Shown: positions 12,163 to 24,117, counted from the first letter of the whole stretch. The stretch: DNA of 63,961 nucleotides, filler included, from Craspedostauros australis (GCA_030167865.1; 14 parts of 14 records of this genome joined end to end with filler, not necessarily neighbours in it), one strand, 5' to 3'. Program-made: numbers and translations. Notes: generated by a model not told the origin, from the letters alone.

Positions 12163-13803
12163 GAGCTTTCCCTGTCACCATCTCTATCTTACCTTGCTTG
12201 TGTTTTTGCTTTGTGTATTGCCTGGGTTGCTTGGTTGTGCTTGGTTACTGGGTTACTGGGTTGTGCTTGGTTGCTTGATGTTTGTGTTCTTGGTTGTGTT
12301 TTGTTGTGTCGTGGTGTGCGCCGCATGCACTCTTTTGTGTCTCGCTGTGGTTTTGTGTTGGTTTGTGCGCGTTTGTGCGCGTTGTTTCGTGTTTGTTTTG
12401 CTGCGAAGTGTTCCACGGTGCTCGTGACAGTGGCGGTCGATCATGCGATTGCTGGACCTCGTAACGGCCACGCTTTGTTCATACCCACCCACACGCTCGT
12501 CCGAATTCCACCATTTTGATTCGTGTTGATTCAGTTGTCTTCAGCCATGTGGTATTCGCGGCGAGCCAACACCCCCCTCAACACCCACACAAACACAAAC
12601 AGCATCACCAAACCGTCGAAAAGAGAGAAAACGTGTCGAGAAAAGACAGGTTTGTCCGTTGGTCGTGCTTCCGCCCGGTTGTCCCATTTCATCTTTGCTC
12701 AATTTGTCCTACTACTTGAATACGTAGGATTGTACGTATTTGACTTCGCCCACTGACATGGTGCTGTGTGCGTCCGTCCGTCTATCACATTCTCCGCCAC
12801 CATGTCCTTTGACAAAATTCGCGAATCTGGCACTATCGCGCGTGTCTGGCCGTTCGCTCCACCAGAACGTGGTTTTCCCTTTTTGTCTCTCTTCGTTTGT
12901 CTTCGGCTTTTGTCATTTATGTCGTCCCACGTACTCCTCCGTTCGTGGAGTACATCACCATCACTCGCCGACACGACGTTTGGCTTTGGTGGCATGTCTG
13001 TTCTCTCAGCAGCTTGCCACTTTCTATGCGGAAAGTGTACGAGAGCAGAGGATTATCTTGGCACTTTCTGGGACGCCGATTTCTTCACACCCTTGGTCGC
13101 CGTGGGGTATTAGACATTTTACTGGTATTCGAGGTAGACAGAGTGATACGAGGCCATAGTTGTTGACGTCAATGAAACGTCACGGCGGGAAAGGGCATAG
13201 TTCCTCCGATGTCTGGTGTATGACATTCTCTCCGTTGTTCGTTGTGTCATCCCCTGGCAAATGGACAACATAACACACCCAATACCGTTTCTTCTCCCAC
13301 GCCACATTATAGTTTCCCACGTGGTTGCCGCGTACTTTGCGAGTTACATATATCCATGAGGAAATTCGTCCACGATAAAAGTCCAAAATTGTCTCAGGAG
13401 ACAAAGTGAATTTGAGGAGTGCCAAAATTGGTCTCCTCAGACCAAAATCAAGTAACGCGACGTTTCATCGCGATGGAATTTTCTTCGACCACCTCGACTA
13501 AAACTATTTGTTCGCGCTCACTTTTTCCCCCCCTCATATCGTTTTTTCCGATTTATCACAATGTCCTGGCATGCCCTCCTGTTTACTATGGCTCAATGCT
13601 TCTCCTGGATGCATTGAGTCACTTGCATCTCATCACAGTTCTTCGTATACATACGTTCATTGCATGCTTATCCACGTCCTCCACGCTCTTCACAGGACAT
13701 GATNNNNNNNNNNNNNNNNNNNNNNNNNNNNNNNNNNNNNNNNNNNNTTAATTAATTAANNNNNNNNNNNNNNNNNNNNNNNNNNNNNNNNNNNNNNNNN
13801 NNN

Positions 13804-14901
13804 GGAACCAACCAGATCATTATCTTCAACGTCGACGACTTCCGCGACGAGATCGACGAAGAAGTCGACCTCCCACCCAACATCACCCTCGATGACGTCC
13901 AGCTGGTCCAGACACAAGATTGTGAGGCAGAGACGAATGACTTCGCGCCGGAAGACTTGCAGGCCATGCTGCTGATGGTGCCAGACGTGTCCGCCTCCGA
14001 CCTGGAGAGCTTCTCCGCCATCTTCGAGATGGTGTACAACGAGCTGGCAGCTCAGTACTGCGATATGCTCTTCCGACGCGTCGTCGTGGGAAGCGCGATC
14101 GCCACCATCAACATCCCCGGTGGACAAACACCGAATTCGGACGGATGCGTTCTCGGTGACATCACCATGGAGACCGACGGAAGATGCCGTGGATGCGGTG
14201 ATGGCACGCCGTTGGTGGACGAAGATCCTTCTGCAACGTCCCCCACCACCGGAGGTGCCGGAAGACGATCCCTGCAGCAGCTCCAAACCGAGCTGGATCT
14301 GGATCGCGAGTTCAACGTGGACCTTGCTGGCCGTCCCCGCCGTCGTCGCATGCAAACCGAAGACACCTGCTTCTGTGCCGTGGACGCGATTCCTGACAGA
14401 GGCCCCTTTCTGCTGGAGCTCTACGCTGCTCTCAACAGCAAGCTCACAGAGATGGGCGTGGAGAGCATCTGTGGACTGGCGGACGAGATTCTCGACATCC
14501 TGCCACCGACGGACGTGCCAACTTCCAGGCCGACCAGCAACCCCACCGTGTTGGCATCGTCGGCGGTCCCGACCGTCCAGCCAACCAGCGCTCCAACTGC
14601 CGCTCCAACACCGGCACCCACGGATGGACCAACTACCCAACCAACAAGTAGTCCGACCAACATTCCAACGAGCGCGCCCACTCCAGCGACGCCCAATCCA
14701 ACTAGCATGCCAACAGGAAATCCAACAAGTAGACCCACGGGCATGCCAGTGACAGACAACCCAACCAGTATGCCGACCATGTTGTCAACAAACAACCCAA
14801 CCACCCCCAATCCGGCCAGCATGTCAACAGGCAACCCTACAACCAGCATTCCGGCCAGCACGTCAACAGGCAACCCTACAAGCAGCGGCCCAACCCCATA
14901 A
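13804..14901 (+). CDS. Extracellular mucin-like protein (Cys-containing domain plus PT/PS-rich tail), 5'-truncated by a gap
   Basis: The frame is open from the contig edge. It contains YNELAAQYCD...GRCRGC...CFC, the basic motifs RRSLQ and RRRRMQ, and many PTxxPT repeats. Confidence 0.8.
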   Translation, partial: GTNQIIIFNVDDFRDEIDEEVDLPPNITLDDVQLVQTQDCEAETNDFAPEDLQAMLLMVPDVSASDLESFSAIFEMVYNELAAQYCDMLFRRVVVGSAIATINIPGGQTPNSDGCVLGDITMETDGRCRGCGDGTPLVDEDPSATSPTTGGAGRRSLQQLQTELDLDREFNVDLAGRPRRRRMQTEDTCFCAVDAIPDRGPFLLELYAALNSKLTEMGVESICGLADEILDILPPTDVPTSRPTSNPTVLASSAVPTVQPTSAPTAAPTPAPTDGPTTQPTSSPTNIPTSAPTPATPNPTSMPTGNPTSRPTGMPVTDNPTSMPTMLSTNNPTTPNPASMSTGNPTTSIPASTSTGNPTSSGPTP

Positions 14902-15693
14902 ATATTATTCGTAATCGCACTGATGATAAGATGCGATGCCTGCTCCTCTGAATGTTGTGGCTCGGGGAAGACACGCTTTCCGTTGTCTGCTTGCAACTCG
15001 CCTCCTACATCTCTCAAAATCTGTTGCTGCCTTCTGGACATCCTACCGCAATCCGCTCCAGTGAAGGAGAGTCCAGTCATGCCTTCATGTGGACAATTTT
15101 TAAATCCTGGCTTCATATGCGAAATCCACATCATGCACTGCCCAGCCCAACGTTTTTACAATACTTGAGGAAGCTATGTCTGTAGTTCAATACAACTAGT
15201 TACAAGTTGGCAATAGTTTGGGATCTGGCGAACCAGTCTGTTGAGACAACCGCTCTGTGGTCGGTATCAACCCGGCTATAGGCCGAAGGACAGCTCCAGA
15301 TGACAGTGTGGTGTGATTGTATGGTGTATAGTAAATCGGATGGATATAATACAATTCAATTTTATGTTGCTTCTCTGATTTGCTTCCTGTTGATTCGATG
15401 TGTTGCTGTTGTGTTGTCGTCTCGGTTGGTTGTGGTGGACTGATCTGTCCTTCACAGGGGCTCATCGATAACCCCGCCACTCGAGTGGGTCGTAGTATGT
15501 TTCCTCAACACAGTCACCAACCGCCAAATCAATCCTCACATTCCACCAAAGATCCGCTCACATCACATCACAACATGGGTCGCAAATCGCCACAACAAGG
15601 CAGCGCACACCAATCATGTGATGCCAACCATCAACGCATGATTCCATCACGCTGATCCCGACAAAGGAGAGATCAACCACTTCAGAACCCAGC

Positions 15694-16725
15694 ATGAGGC
15701 AATACGAGTACGCCAGGGTCGTCCGCTTCTTCATCTGGTCAACAATGATGTGCATCGTCTCTCGCGGTGTCAACGTCCACTCGTTTCTCGCGACATCCAC
15801 ATCCCGATTCTTTCGCAGCCGATACCACCCAGCATTCTCGCGACATTCGATCCCACTGAAGGCTGCAGGCACATCTCCAGAGACCGCATCGCATACTCCG
15901 GCAGTTGACTTTCTGAAAGAAGTGGAAGTCACCGTCGCATCTGTCTTCAAAGTACACAATTTGACCAGCCTAACAGCACAATCAACAGCAACGACCACCG
16001 AGCCATTGCCATCTGAGGTCCCAGCTCGCGATCGAGAAAGCGTCGCTATCGCACGACATCTGCATCGTCGGTTGCAGGCATTGCGACGCAACAATGATTG
16101 CCCCCAATGCTGGTTCCAACGCGCACACTGCATCTGCGAACAGTGCCCTCCCATTATCTCCCATAACGACAGCAGCTGCAGCAGCAACTTGAATCGCATC
16201 TTCCTCATCCTGCATCACAAGGAAGTAGGATTGAAGGTGGATACTGCCAAGCTCATCCTCAGCACCTTTCCGCAACAAGCCCGATTGGTCGTCGCGGGGA
16301 TTCCGGCGCAGCATCAAGCATCGATGCGAGAGATGCAAGATGCCCTGCAGCATCGCAAGTGTCTGGTGCTGTTCCCCGACGACGATGCGCGCACATTTGC
16401 AGAACACGAGATGACGACATCGTCGTACGATCTGATTGTGCTGGATGGCACGTGGTCACAGGCGCGCAAGATGTGTCACAAGTACATTCCGAAGGATGTG
16501 GCACGCGTGCAGCTGTCGCAGGAAGCAGTGTCGTCGTTGGGGACGGACGGACATCAGCTGCGACGGCATGCCATCACGTGGAGGCAGGTTGGTACGTTCG
16601 AGGCGTTTCGATTGTTTCTGCAGGATGCATCGCAGAAGGAGATTGCAGCAGCGATCCGACCGTATCAAGATATCTCGAACGCGGCTGCGTTGCGGGAATT
16701 GGGCCCGCCGCGCAAATCGGAATGA
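15694..16725 (+). CDS. DTW-domain tRNA-uridine aminocarboxypropyltransferase (TapT/DTWD2-like), probably plastid-targeted
   Basis: CPQCW...CIC zinc site, HHKE motif, LVLFP and LIVLDGTWSQARKM (DXTW). The N-terminus has a hydrophobic segment, then VHS-F, then an S/T/R-rich transit-like peptide. Confidence 0.88.
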   Translation: MRQYEYARVVRFFIWSTMMCIVSRGVNVHSFLATSTSRFFRSRYHPAFSRHSIPLKAAGTSPETASHTPAVDFLKEVEVTVASVFKVHNLTSLTAQSTATTTEPLPSEVPARDRESVAIARHLHRRLQALRRNNDCPQCWFQRAHCICEQCPPIISHNDSSCSSNLNRIFLILHHKEVGLKVDTAKLILSTFPQQARLVVAGIPAQHQASMREMQDALQHRKCLVLFPDDDARTFAEHEMTTSSYDLIVLDGTWSQARKMCHKYIPKDVARVQLSQEAVSSLGTDGHQLRRHAITWRQVGTFEAFRLFLQDASQKEIAAAIRPYQDISNAAALRELGPPRKSE

Positions 16726-18162
16726 GATGGATGATGGATGATTCATTTGCGAGGTATGGTACGTACGTACGTACTTGTCGCAACACCATGGATGGCGGTG
16801 CAAGGTGGATTCAGGCATCCATTGCTTCTGTCGACAGAAACAGAACGAAAACTGTGAAGCATCCATTGTTTTCTGCGTCTCCACTGAAAGTACTGCATTC
16901 CATGCCAATGTTACTTCTCATCGCTCGTATATCAAAGGTGATGATTCGTTCTGATGCAGAGTAAATAAAATCTGTGCTATTCATATGGATGTACCAGTAC
17001 AATATGCTGCTAACTCCAGATCATTGATTCATTACTTTGTTCTCTAAGTGCACACATACTCGTACTCGTGCGTAGGTTGAGGTTGGTGCAGCAGATCCCC
17101 ATTATACCACACCACACTCCATGCTCTCACACACACTCACACACAACCAATTCACATCCACCTCTTCATCTTGTATTCCTGTTGCTGCGTCTCCAGCACG
17201 ACGGTGAATCGTCAAATCTTCACAACGCCCAATTCCCACACACACGTCGTCCTCCTGCAGGTCCTGAATCGCCTGTGCGTTGAGTTGGGTCTGTTTGGGG
17301 CAGAAGTGATCCATCAACTTGGTCTTGGTATCTTAGAATGCGAGAACTTTGGTTTAATGATTAGATTGGTTGCAATTCGGAGTGCTTCCTGTTTGCACTA
17401 GAGGTTCATCAACTGTGTTGCCAGAGAGGTGCTGTGAAATGCGTTGGATACGGTGGAACGGATGCGTTTGGTTGTCAACAATTGAGTCTGATAGAATAAC
17501 GCCAGGTGATCGAATAAGTTGGATGATTGAACGTCTTTGTTTGAGTGCTGTCGATCCGAGGGATGACACATAGGACATGGTCCCAGGAAGGGCCATGCAT
17601 TGAGGTATGTGCACATTCTCTACGCGCCGATGATGTGGTTTTGGCGCGAACTGGCCGCTCGGGATTTCTTGTTCAGGTATGAGTCCCGTATTTTAGTCAG
17701 TCGTGGATTTGAGTCCACCCACAATATCGGGATCGGTGCGGAGTTGCCTCGATGCCAACAGATCTGTGATGGCAATCGTCGACACATCAACCATGTTGTT
17801 GCTGTTTTTGCTGCCGTTGCTCACACTCGCTCAACACCGCTGTTGTTGTTATTGTTGTTGTTGTAGTTGAAGTTCTCGGCGTAGAGTACATACTTGTTCA
17901 GGCGTGTGAAGGAGAGAGGATCCGTTTCTGCGAGAACAAGATACGGAGTCGTGGATGAATGGAATGAAACAGATTCTACCGTTGGAAGACGTTAAATGAC
18001 GTCATTTTGAACACAATCATCCGATTTCATTGGACGTGTCTGAACCAAACACGACTCAGCAGCCATGCCTTTGTTCGCCAAACTTGTTCTCTTGTCCGTT
18101 TTGGTGTCGCCACATCACGCATTTTGAATCGGGACATCACAGGAAATCGCAACCAGACTTGG

Positions 18163-18203
<41 letters not shown>

Positions 18204-18204
18204 C
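18163..18204 (+). repeat. (AAC)14 microsatellite
   Basis: Read directly from the sequence. Confidence 0.95.
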
Positions 18205-18450
18205 GCGAATGTGGCAAACTCAACAACACCACCACGAGCATCATCGCCAAATCCAATGACAATGATGCTCACCGCGATCGCGACGCCTTCCATCCCCACT
18301 CTGCGTGCACGACAATCAGGCTTCGTTTCGTATCGTCATACCGTATGTACATGCTCTGAGTGTGAAGGCCACCATCGCATTCTCTCACAAATCCTGCAGG
18401 AAGAAGATCCGAACTTCATTCGATTCAACCACAACGGCAACCTCATTCAT

Positions 18451-18541
18451 CCACAGCCATAGCCACAGCCACAGCCACAGCCACAGTCACAGCCACAGCC
18501 ACAGCCACAGCCACAGCCACAGCCACAGCCACAGCCACAGC
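18451..18541 (+). repeat. (CACAGC)~15 hexamer tandem repeat
   Basis: Read directly; two variant units (CATAGC, CACAGT). Confidence 0.95.
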
Positions 18542-18563
18542 GCAGTTGCGTTCCGTTTGCGAC

Positions 18564-19261
18564 ATGGTCAGTTCCGCCACTGCGACTGTCCGTGATGGTG
18601 TCCTCGATAGACACCGACCAGCAGCGCTGCGGCCGTACATCACAAAAGAGGAATGGCAGAATCTGCGTGATGACATTAGGATGCGATGAAACCAACAAGG
18701 ACCTTGTTCAACTTACGGCGCAACATCGCGATCTCAATCATTGTCGTCATCCTGTGCATTGTGGTTGGTGGAGTCTTGGCACCGATGCTGGGACTGCATC
18801 GGAACACCAACAACTACGGCAGGCCCAGCTTCTCAGCATTCAACGTGGTATTCCTCAGCATTCCATGCTTCATGCTCTTCATGATCCTTTCAGTATGTTA
18901 CCAATCGTGCTTCCTCCGACCTCAACTCACAGACAAGATGGATGGCATCATCGACAAGCACATCGATCTGATGAGAGGAGGCGTCATTCTGCATCTACGA
19001 CCAGATGTTCACACATTCAACACCATCGACAGCAATGGCTTTTCGCATCTTCATCACAGCAGGAGCCCCGTGGACTATACGCTCGCGGTGTCCATCAACG
19101 AAGAAGCGGCGTACAGAGGAAGCCTCGATCATGGTCACGATGATGACGCCAGCGACCAAGATCGGTTGCGAAATCGTTTGGAAGAGCTGGAGGATGCGAG
19201 GAAGTACCTGACCGACGAGGAATACAGGCGGAAGCGGAGCCAGATACTGGATTTGGTATGA
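18564..19261 (+). CDS. Two-TM membrane protein with a C-terminal SHOCT-like domain; apparent 1-nt frameshift near 18680
   Basis: ORF 18686-19261 has two hydrophobic helices and ends RLEELEDARKYLTDEEYRRKRSQILDLV, a SHOCT-like pattern. Upstream ORF 18564-18689 (…LRPYITKEEWQNLRDDIR) overlaps it in the adjacent frame. Confidence 0.65.
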
Positions 19262-19433
19262 GTTGGTGCGAGTCGGTATGATGGCGGCTGGTGATCGCTG
19301 CACAGCTGCATGCTGCAAGTGCTGCGTTGAGAANNNNNNNNNNNNNNNNNNNNNNNNNNNNNNNNNNNNNNNNNNNNTTAATTAATTAANNNNNNNNNNN
19401 NNNNNNNNNNNNNNNNNNNNNNNNNNNNNNNNN

Positions 19434-20659
19434 ACGGCACAGTGTCGTGCCTGCCGTGCGCTCCTCGTTGGTTGAAGAAGTCCGTGGGCCCAAAACGTAG
19501 GCCGGTTGGGAAGATCACGTCTTCATGGTGGTTCATGACTCGTTGGCCTTCTGGTCTGAGAGGACGGAATCTGTTCTGGACGTATAGTGGACGAGTTGCG
19601 TCGCTGTCGTCATCTCCGTCATCTTGAGCGATCTCTTCTTCGGCGGAGCCAGCGGCTGACGCCTCTTCNNNNNNNNNNNNNNNNNNNNNNNNNNNNNNNN
19701 NNNNNNNNNNNNNNNNNNNNNNNNNNNNNNNNNNNNNNNNNNNNNNNNNNNNNNNNNNNNNNNNNNNNNNNNNNNNNNNNNNNNNNNNNNNNNNNNNNNN
19801 NNNNNNNNNNNNNNNNNNNNNNNNNNNNNNNNNNNNNNNNNNCGTCACCTCGTGGATGATTGGTCCGTCGTTGAGCCATTCTGGGATGCTCGTGTCGTCG
19901 TGGACCTCGTCTATTCCTGGACGGTGTTGGAAGGTATCAAAAAATGAATCATCGACGGCGTAGGCGGTGTTAGTGTTCGTGGGTGTGTCGAGAGTAGTCA
20001 TCACCATCTCGAATCTGTCATCGGTGCCGTCCTGTGCCGTGCTTCCTTGCTCTTCCTGCTTTCTCCTTTCGTTGAACTTTTTCTTCCTGCAGTCTGCCTC
20101 TCGATGCCCTGGGATGCCACAGTAATGGCACTTCCCACTGAAGCCGCTGCCTCGACCTCTTCCTCTGTTGCCGCGGTTGCCTTGATTGCCGCGCTGATCT
20201 CTTCTATTGCCTCTGTTGTTGTAGCCTCCTCGTCGGCCGTTGTTGGATTGGTTGTTGTTGTTGTTGTTGTCGGCCGCTTGCTTTCTGTCTGGACAATTCG
20301 CAGACCGATGGCCGTACTTTCCGCAGTTGTGGCAGTTGCCCTTGAATCCGCCTGTCGCAGCCATCGCCGCGTCGTCGCGCTTGCTGCCCGTATCCGCGAA
20401 GTCGTCCACGTACGCCTTTCNGCCTTGGAGCTTGGAGTATCTATAGTTCAGTACGTTTCGGATGGCTTCGATCGTCACCTTCTCTGGACCCATCTGCAGT
20501 TGGTATTCGAAGTTGCCCACTTCGTCGTCGTAGTCCTTGCTGAGGCTGCTGAGTACTTGCATAATCAGCTCTCTGTCACTGATCTCGTATTTCACCTCTT
20601 GGAGGCGAGTGCGGAGCAGCTCAAGCCGTGTGACGTAGATGTCGGGATCCGTATCCCTC
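19434..20659 (-). mobile_element. Ty1/copia LTR retrotransposon gag fragment (copy 1)
   Basis: Gag core DPDIYVTRLE...ISDRELIMQVLSSLSKDYD and two CCHC knuckles (CHNCGKYGHRSANC, CHYCGIPGHREADC) separated by an RG/N-rich linker. Confidence 0.88.
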
Positions 20660-20759
20660 NNNNNNNNNNNNNNNNNNNNNNNNNNNNNNNNNNNNNNNNN
20701 NNNTTAATTAATTAANNNNNNNNNNNNNNNNNNNNNNNNNNNNNNNNNNNNNNNNNNNN

Positions 20760-21831
20760 ACGGCACAGTGTCGTGCCTGCCGTGCGCTCCTCGTTGGTTG
20801 AAGAAGTCCGTGGGCCCAAAACGTAGGCCGGTTGGGAAGATCACGTCTTCATGGTGGTTCATGACTCGTTGGCCTTCTGGTCTGAGAGGACGGAATCTGT
20901 TCTGGACGTATAGTGGACGAGTTGCGTCGCTGTCGTCATCTCCGTCATCTTGAGCGATCTCTTCTTCGGCGGAGCCAGCGGCTGACGCCTCTTCNAAGAG
21001 ATTGTCGTCCAGGAGCATGTCTTGCTCAATCGGGGGCTCCCCGGCTTCCTCCATAGCGAGGATATCGATATCCTCCTCGGGGTCTTCTTCTCGGTTGGCG
21101 TTGCTTGGCAAGTCGTGTGTGTTGAGGCAATAATCGAAATCGAGATCAAAACGAGGCTCGTTGTCGATCGTCACCTCGTGGATGATTGGTCCGTCGTTGA
21201 GCCATTCTGGGATGCTCGTGTCGTCGTGGACCTCGTCCGTTCCTGGGAAGTGTTGAAAGGTATCAAAGAATGAATCATCGACGGCGTAGGCGGTGTCAGT
21301 GTTCGTGGGTGTGTCGAGAGTGGTCATCACCATCTCGAATCTGTCATCGGTGCCGTCCTGTGCCATGCTTCCTTGCTCTTCCTGCTTTCTCCTTTCGTTG
21401 AACTTTTTCTTCCTGCAGTCTGCCTCTCGATGCCCTGGGATGCCACAGTAATGGCACTTCCCACTGAAGCCGCTGCCTCGACCTCTTCCTCTGTTGCCGC
21501 GGTTGCCTTGATTGCCGNNNNNNNNNNNNNNNNNNNNNNNNNNNNNNNNNNNNNNNNNNNNNNNNNNNNNNNNNNNNNNNNNGTTGTTGTTGTTGTCGGC
21601 CGCTTGCTTTCTGTCTGGACAATTCGCAGACCGATGGCCGTACTTTCCGCAGTTGTGGCAGTTGCCCTTGAATCCGCCTGTCGCAGCCATCGCCGCGTCG
21701 TCGCGCTTGCTGCCCGTATCCGCGAAGTCGTCCACGTACGCCTTTCCGCCTTGGAGCTTGGAGTATCTATAGTTCAGTACGTTTCGGATGGCTTCGATCG
21801 TCACCTTCTCTGGACCCATCTGCAGTTGGTA
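20760..21831 (-). mobile_element. Ty1/copia gag fragment (copy 2, near-identical)
   Basis: Same sequence as 19434-20505 with scattered substitutions and the same left breakpoint. Confidence 0.88.
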
Positions 21832-22485
21832 NNNNNNNNNNNNNNNNNNNNNNNNNNNNNNNNNNNNNNNNNNNNTTAATTAATTAANNNNNNNNNNNNN
21901 NNNNNNNNNNNNNNNNNNNNNNNNNNNNNNNTCAATAGCGGGGCTCCCCCTGGAATTCCGACAGCCCGGCGTGTCCCAGTACCCAAGTTCTGGGGCCACT
22001 CGAACCCCTCTAATGCTCTTCGTGATTGTGAGGTCTGGGGAGAGAACGGTGGGATGTGTTTGGGATGTCTTCTGTGTGTTTTGGTGTGTGTTGGGAATGG
22101 CGGTGATAACAACAACATCGTTCTTTTTGCGCGGAGTTGACACGACAGACGGACAGGTGCAGTCATGTTTTCCCAGAAATTCGGGAGAAACACGACACAA
22201 GGGGGTACTCGCACCACACATGTGCGACTGCGATTGTGCAACGGTGACACTTTGTCTGGTTTGGTGTCAACATCAGCGGCAATGAAAATCGCAATGAAGA
22301 TGATCCGGTTGTAGCGGACAAGAGGTCATGACGTTGGAGCATGTTCAGATCTTACATAATCGTGCCATACATGTTGGCACATGCGGTCCCAAGAGGTATC
22401 GGTTTGAAAATGCAAAACGCTCGAAGGCGATGATTAGAATTGTGTTCCATCTGTTCGGCATCTGTCTCTCCCCTGCCAAATTCTG

Positions 22486-24117
22486 TTAAACTTTCGAATG
22501 ACACAGCTCCTTAAGCCTTTGCATCGTGCTGTTGCTGCTGGAGCTGTCGTCGCTGATCATCTCCAACGCCGTCATGAGCGTGCTGCTGGATGCCGCCAAA
22601 GAGGGATCGCAGTCCGTGAACTTCTGCGGATCGAGGATGTCGTCGTGCGATGCGTCGAGGTTGCATGCCGGGTATTCGGCTGGGATGCTGTGCAGTGACA
22701 GATTGCTGCTCTGCAGCAGCAGGCATGCGGACGTTTGGATGCGGGTGTTTTGGGGATAACGTCGCAAGGCGGCGATGGCTTGTCCGATGCCGCCCAGCTG
22801 CTCGATGACCACCTGGTTGCGATCGTCGGCCTTGAGGAGGATCTGCAAAATCTCGCAGCATGAGGCTTGCACCGTGGGGTGGTGGGAGAAGACCTTCATG
22901 GCGGTGACGACGACGGGCAGGACGTTGTTCTTTGTCATGACGATGCGGTAGTACGAATCTCTCGCCCAAGCCTCGATGGCTTCCAACTCCTGAACTGGCG
23001 GACGGGCATCGTTGCTGGAGGCATGTTCGGACCTTGCACCACCAGAGAACTGCTGCTGCTTCTGTTGCAGTCGCTGTGATCTGTCCCAATCTTCCTGTTG
23101 CTTGCATAACTCGGCAGTCTCCACGATGGTCTTCTTGACCGTGCGAGAATCAGAACGTTGCATCAGCCGAACCAGGTCGATCTTCCGCAAGCTGGGCTTT
23201 GTCTGTTCGTTGGGCGCGGCCACGGCTGCCGCTGTGTCTGCCTTCTCATGCTGGCTTGTCTCAAGAGCGAAGGTCGCATTTGAGGTTGGATGGTCGTGTT
23301 GATGCTGATTCTCCTGCTCATGCCCAGGCTGGTTCCGTTTGGTAATCTGATTCCGACTGTGTCCATTGCGAGGACTGGCATTGGGACTGGGAAGCTGCGA
23401 TTGCGCACGATTGCCAGGACTGCTGTGGATGCGCAAAGTGCGTTGTCTCGATGTGGACGACAGCGGTGAAGCTCCCGCGAGGCTGTATCGTTCCTTGCGT
23501 CTGCCAGTCTTGCGCACCTGCGGCTGCAATGATGCATTGAGCAGGCATGGCGTCGACGTGCAGGAGCGTGGCGCGGAGGAGGGGACCATCGATCGTTTGG
23601 CGCTGTGAACCGCAGCTCGCTGCTCACCCGTGGATATGGAACGCAGAGATCTTCCCATTATCCGCGCACGAGCATCGTCCGCAAAGTATCCCCTCAATCC
23701 CCGAGAGTCTGCCTGGGACTTCGGTTTCGATTTCTGGTGTGGCGTGAGGCTGCGATGCTGGTGTTCCAGCTGTCGCCATGACGAGTCTTGATGTTGACTC
23801 TGGCTCTGACTGTGCTTGTGGCTTTGAGTGTGGTGCCGATGCTGCTTGTGTTGCTGCTGCTGCGAATGCAGCTGAGGACAAGGCAGGGAGCCATGCCGAC
23901 GCACCTTGCCGCCAACAGAGCACCGTTCCATCGGCGATAGCAGAGAGTGGACCTCGTGCTGCTGACTCCTTGCATGGTCATGAGCGTGGTCGTCATCGTG
24001 GCTGTCATCGTGGTCGTCGTGTACGAGTGCATTGACTGCAGCCTCTCTGCGGACGATCATGCTTTCGCTGCCCATGCTGCCATGGCCGTGCCTGGATTCG
24101 TAACGCGCCATGGTCAC
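22486..24117 (-). CDS. Hypothetical protein: disordered N-terminus with C-terminal armadillo-like repeats
   Basis: 543-aa ORF. VVVTAMKVFSHHPTVQASCCEIL and GGIGQAIAALRRYPQNTRIQTSAC are two ARM-like units. Confidence 0.75.
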   Translation of the reverse strand: MTMARYESRHGHGSMGSESMIVRREAAVNALVHDDHDDSHDDDHAHDHARSQQHEVHSLLSPMERCSVGGKVRRHGSLPCPQLHSQQQQHKQHRHHTQSHKHSQSQSQHQDSSWRQLEHQHRSLTPHQKSKPKSQADSRGLRGYFADDARARIMGRSLRSISTGEQRAAVHSAKRSMVPSSAPRSCTSTPCLLNASLQPQVRKTGRRKERYSLAGASPLSSTSRQRTLRIHSSPGNRAQSQLPSPNASPRNGHSRNQITKRNQPGHEQENQHQHDHPTSNATFALETSQHEKADTAAAVAAPNEQTKPSLRKIDLVRLMQRSDSRTVKKTIVETAELCKQQEDWDRSQRLQQKQQQFSGGARSEHASSNDARPPVQELEAIEAWARDSYYRIVMTKNNVLPVVVTAMKVFSHHPTVQASCCEILQILLKADDRNQVVIEQLGGIGQAIAALRRYPQNTRIQTSACLLLQSSNLSLHSIPAEYPACNLDASHDDILDPQKFTDCDPSLAASSSTLMTALEMISDDSSSSNSTMQRLKELCHSKV

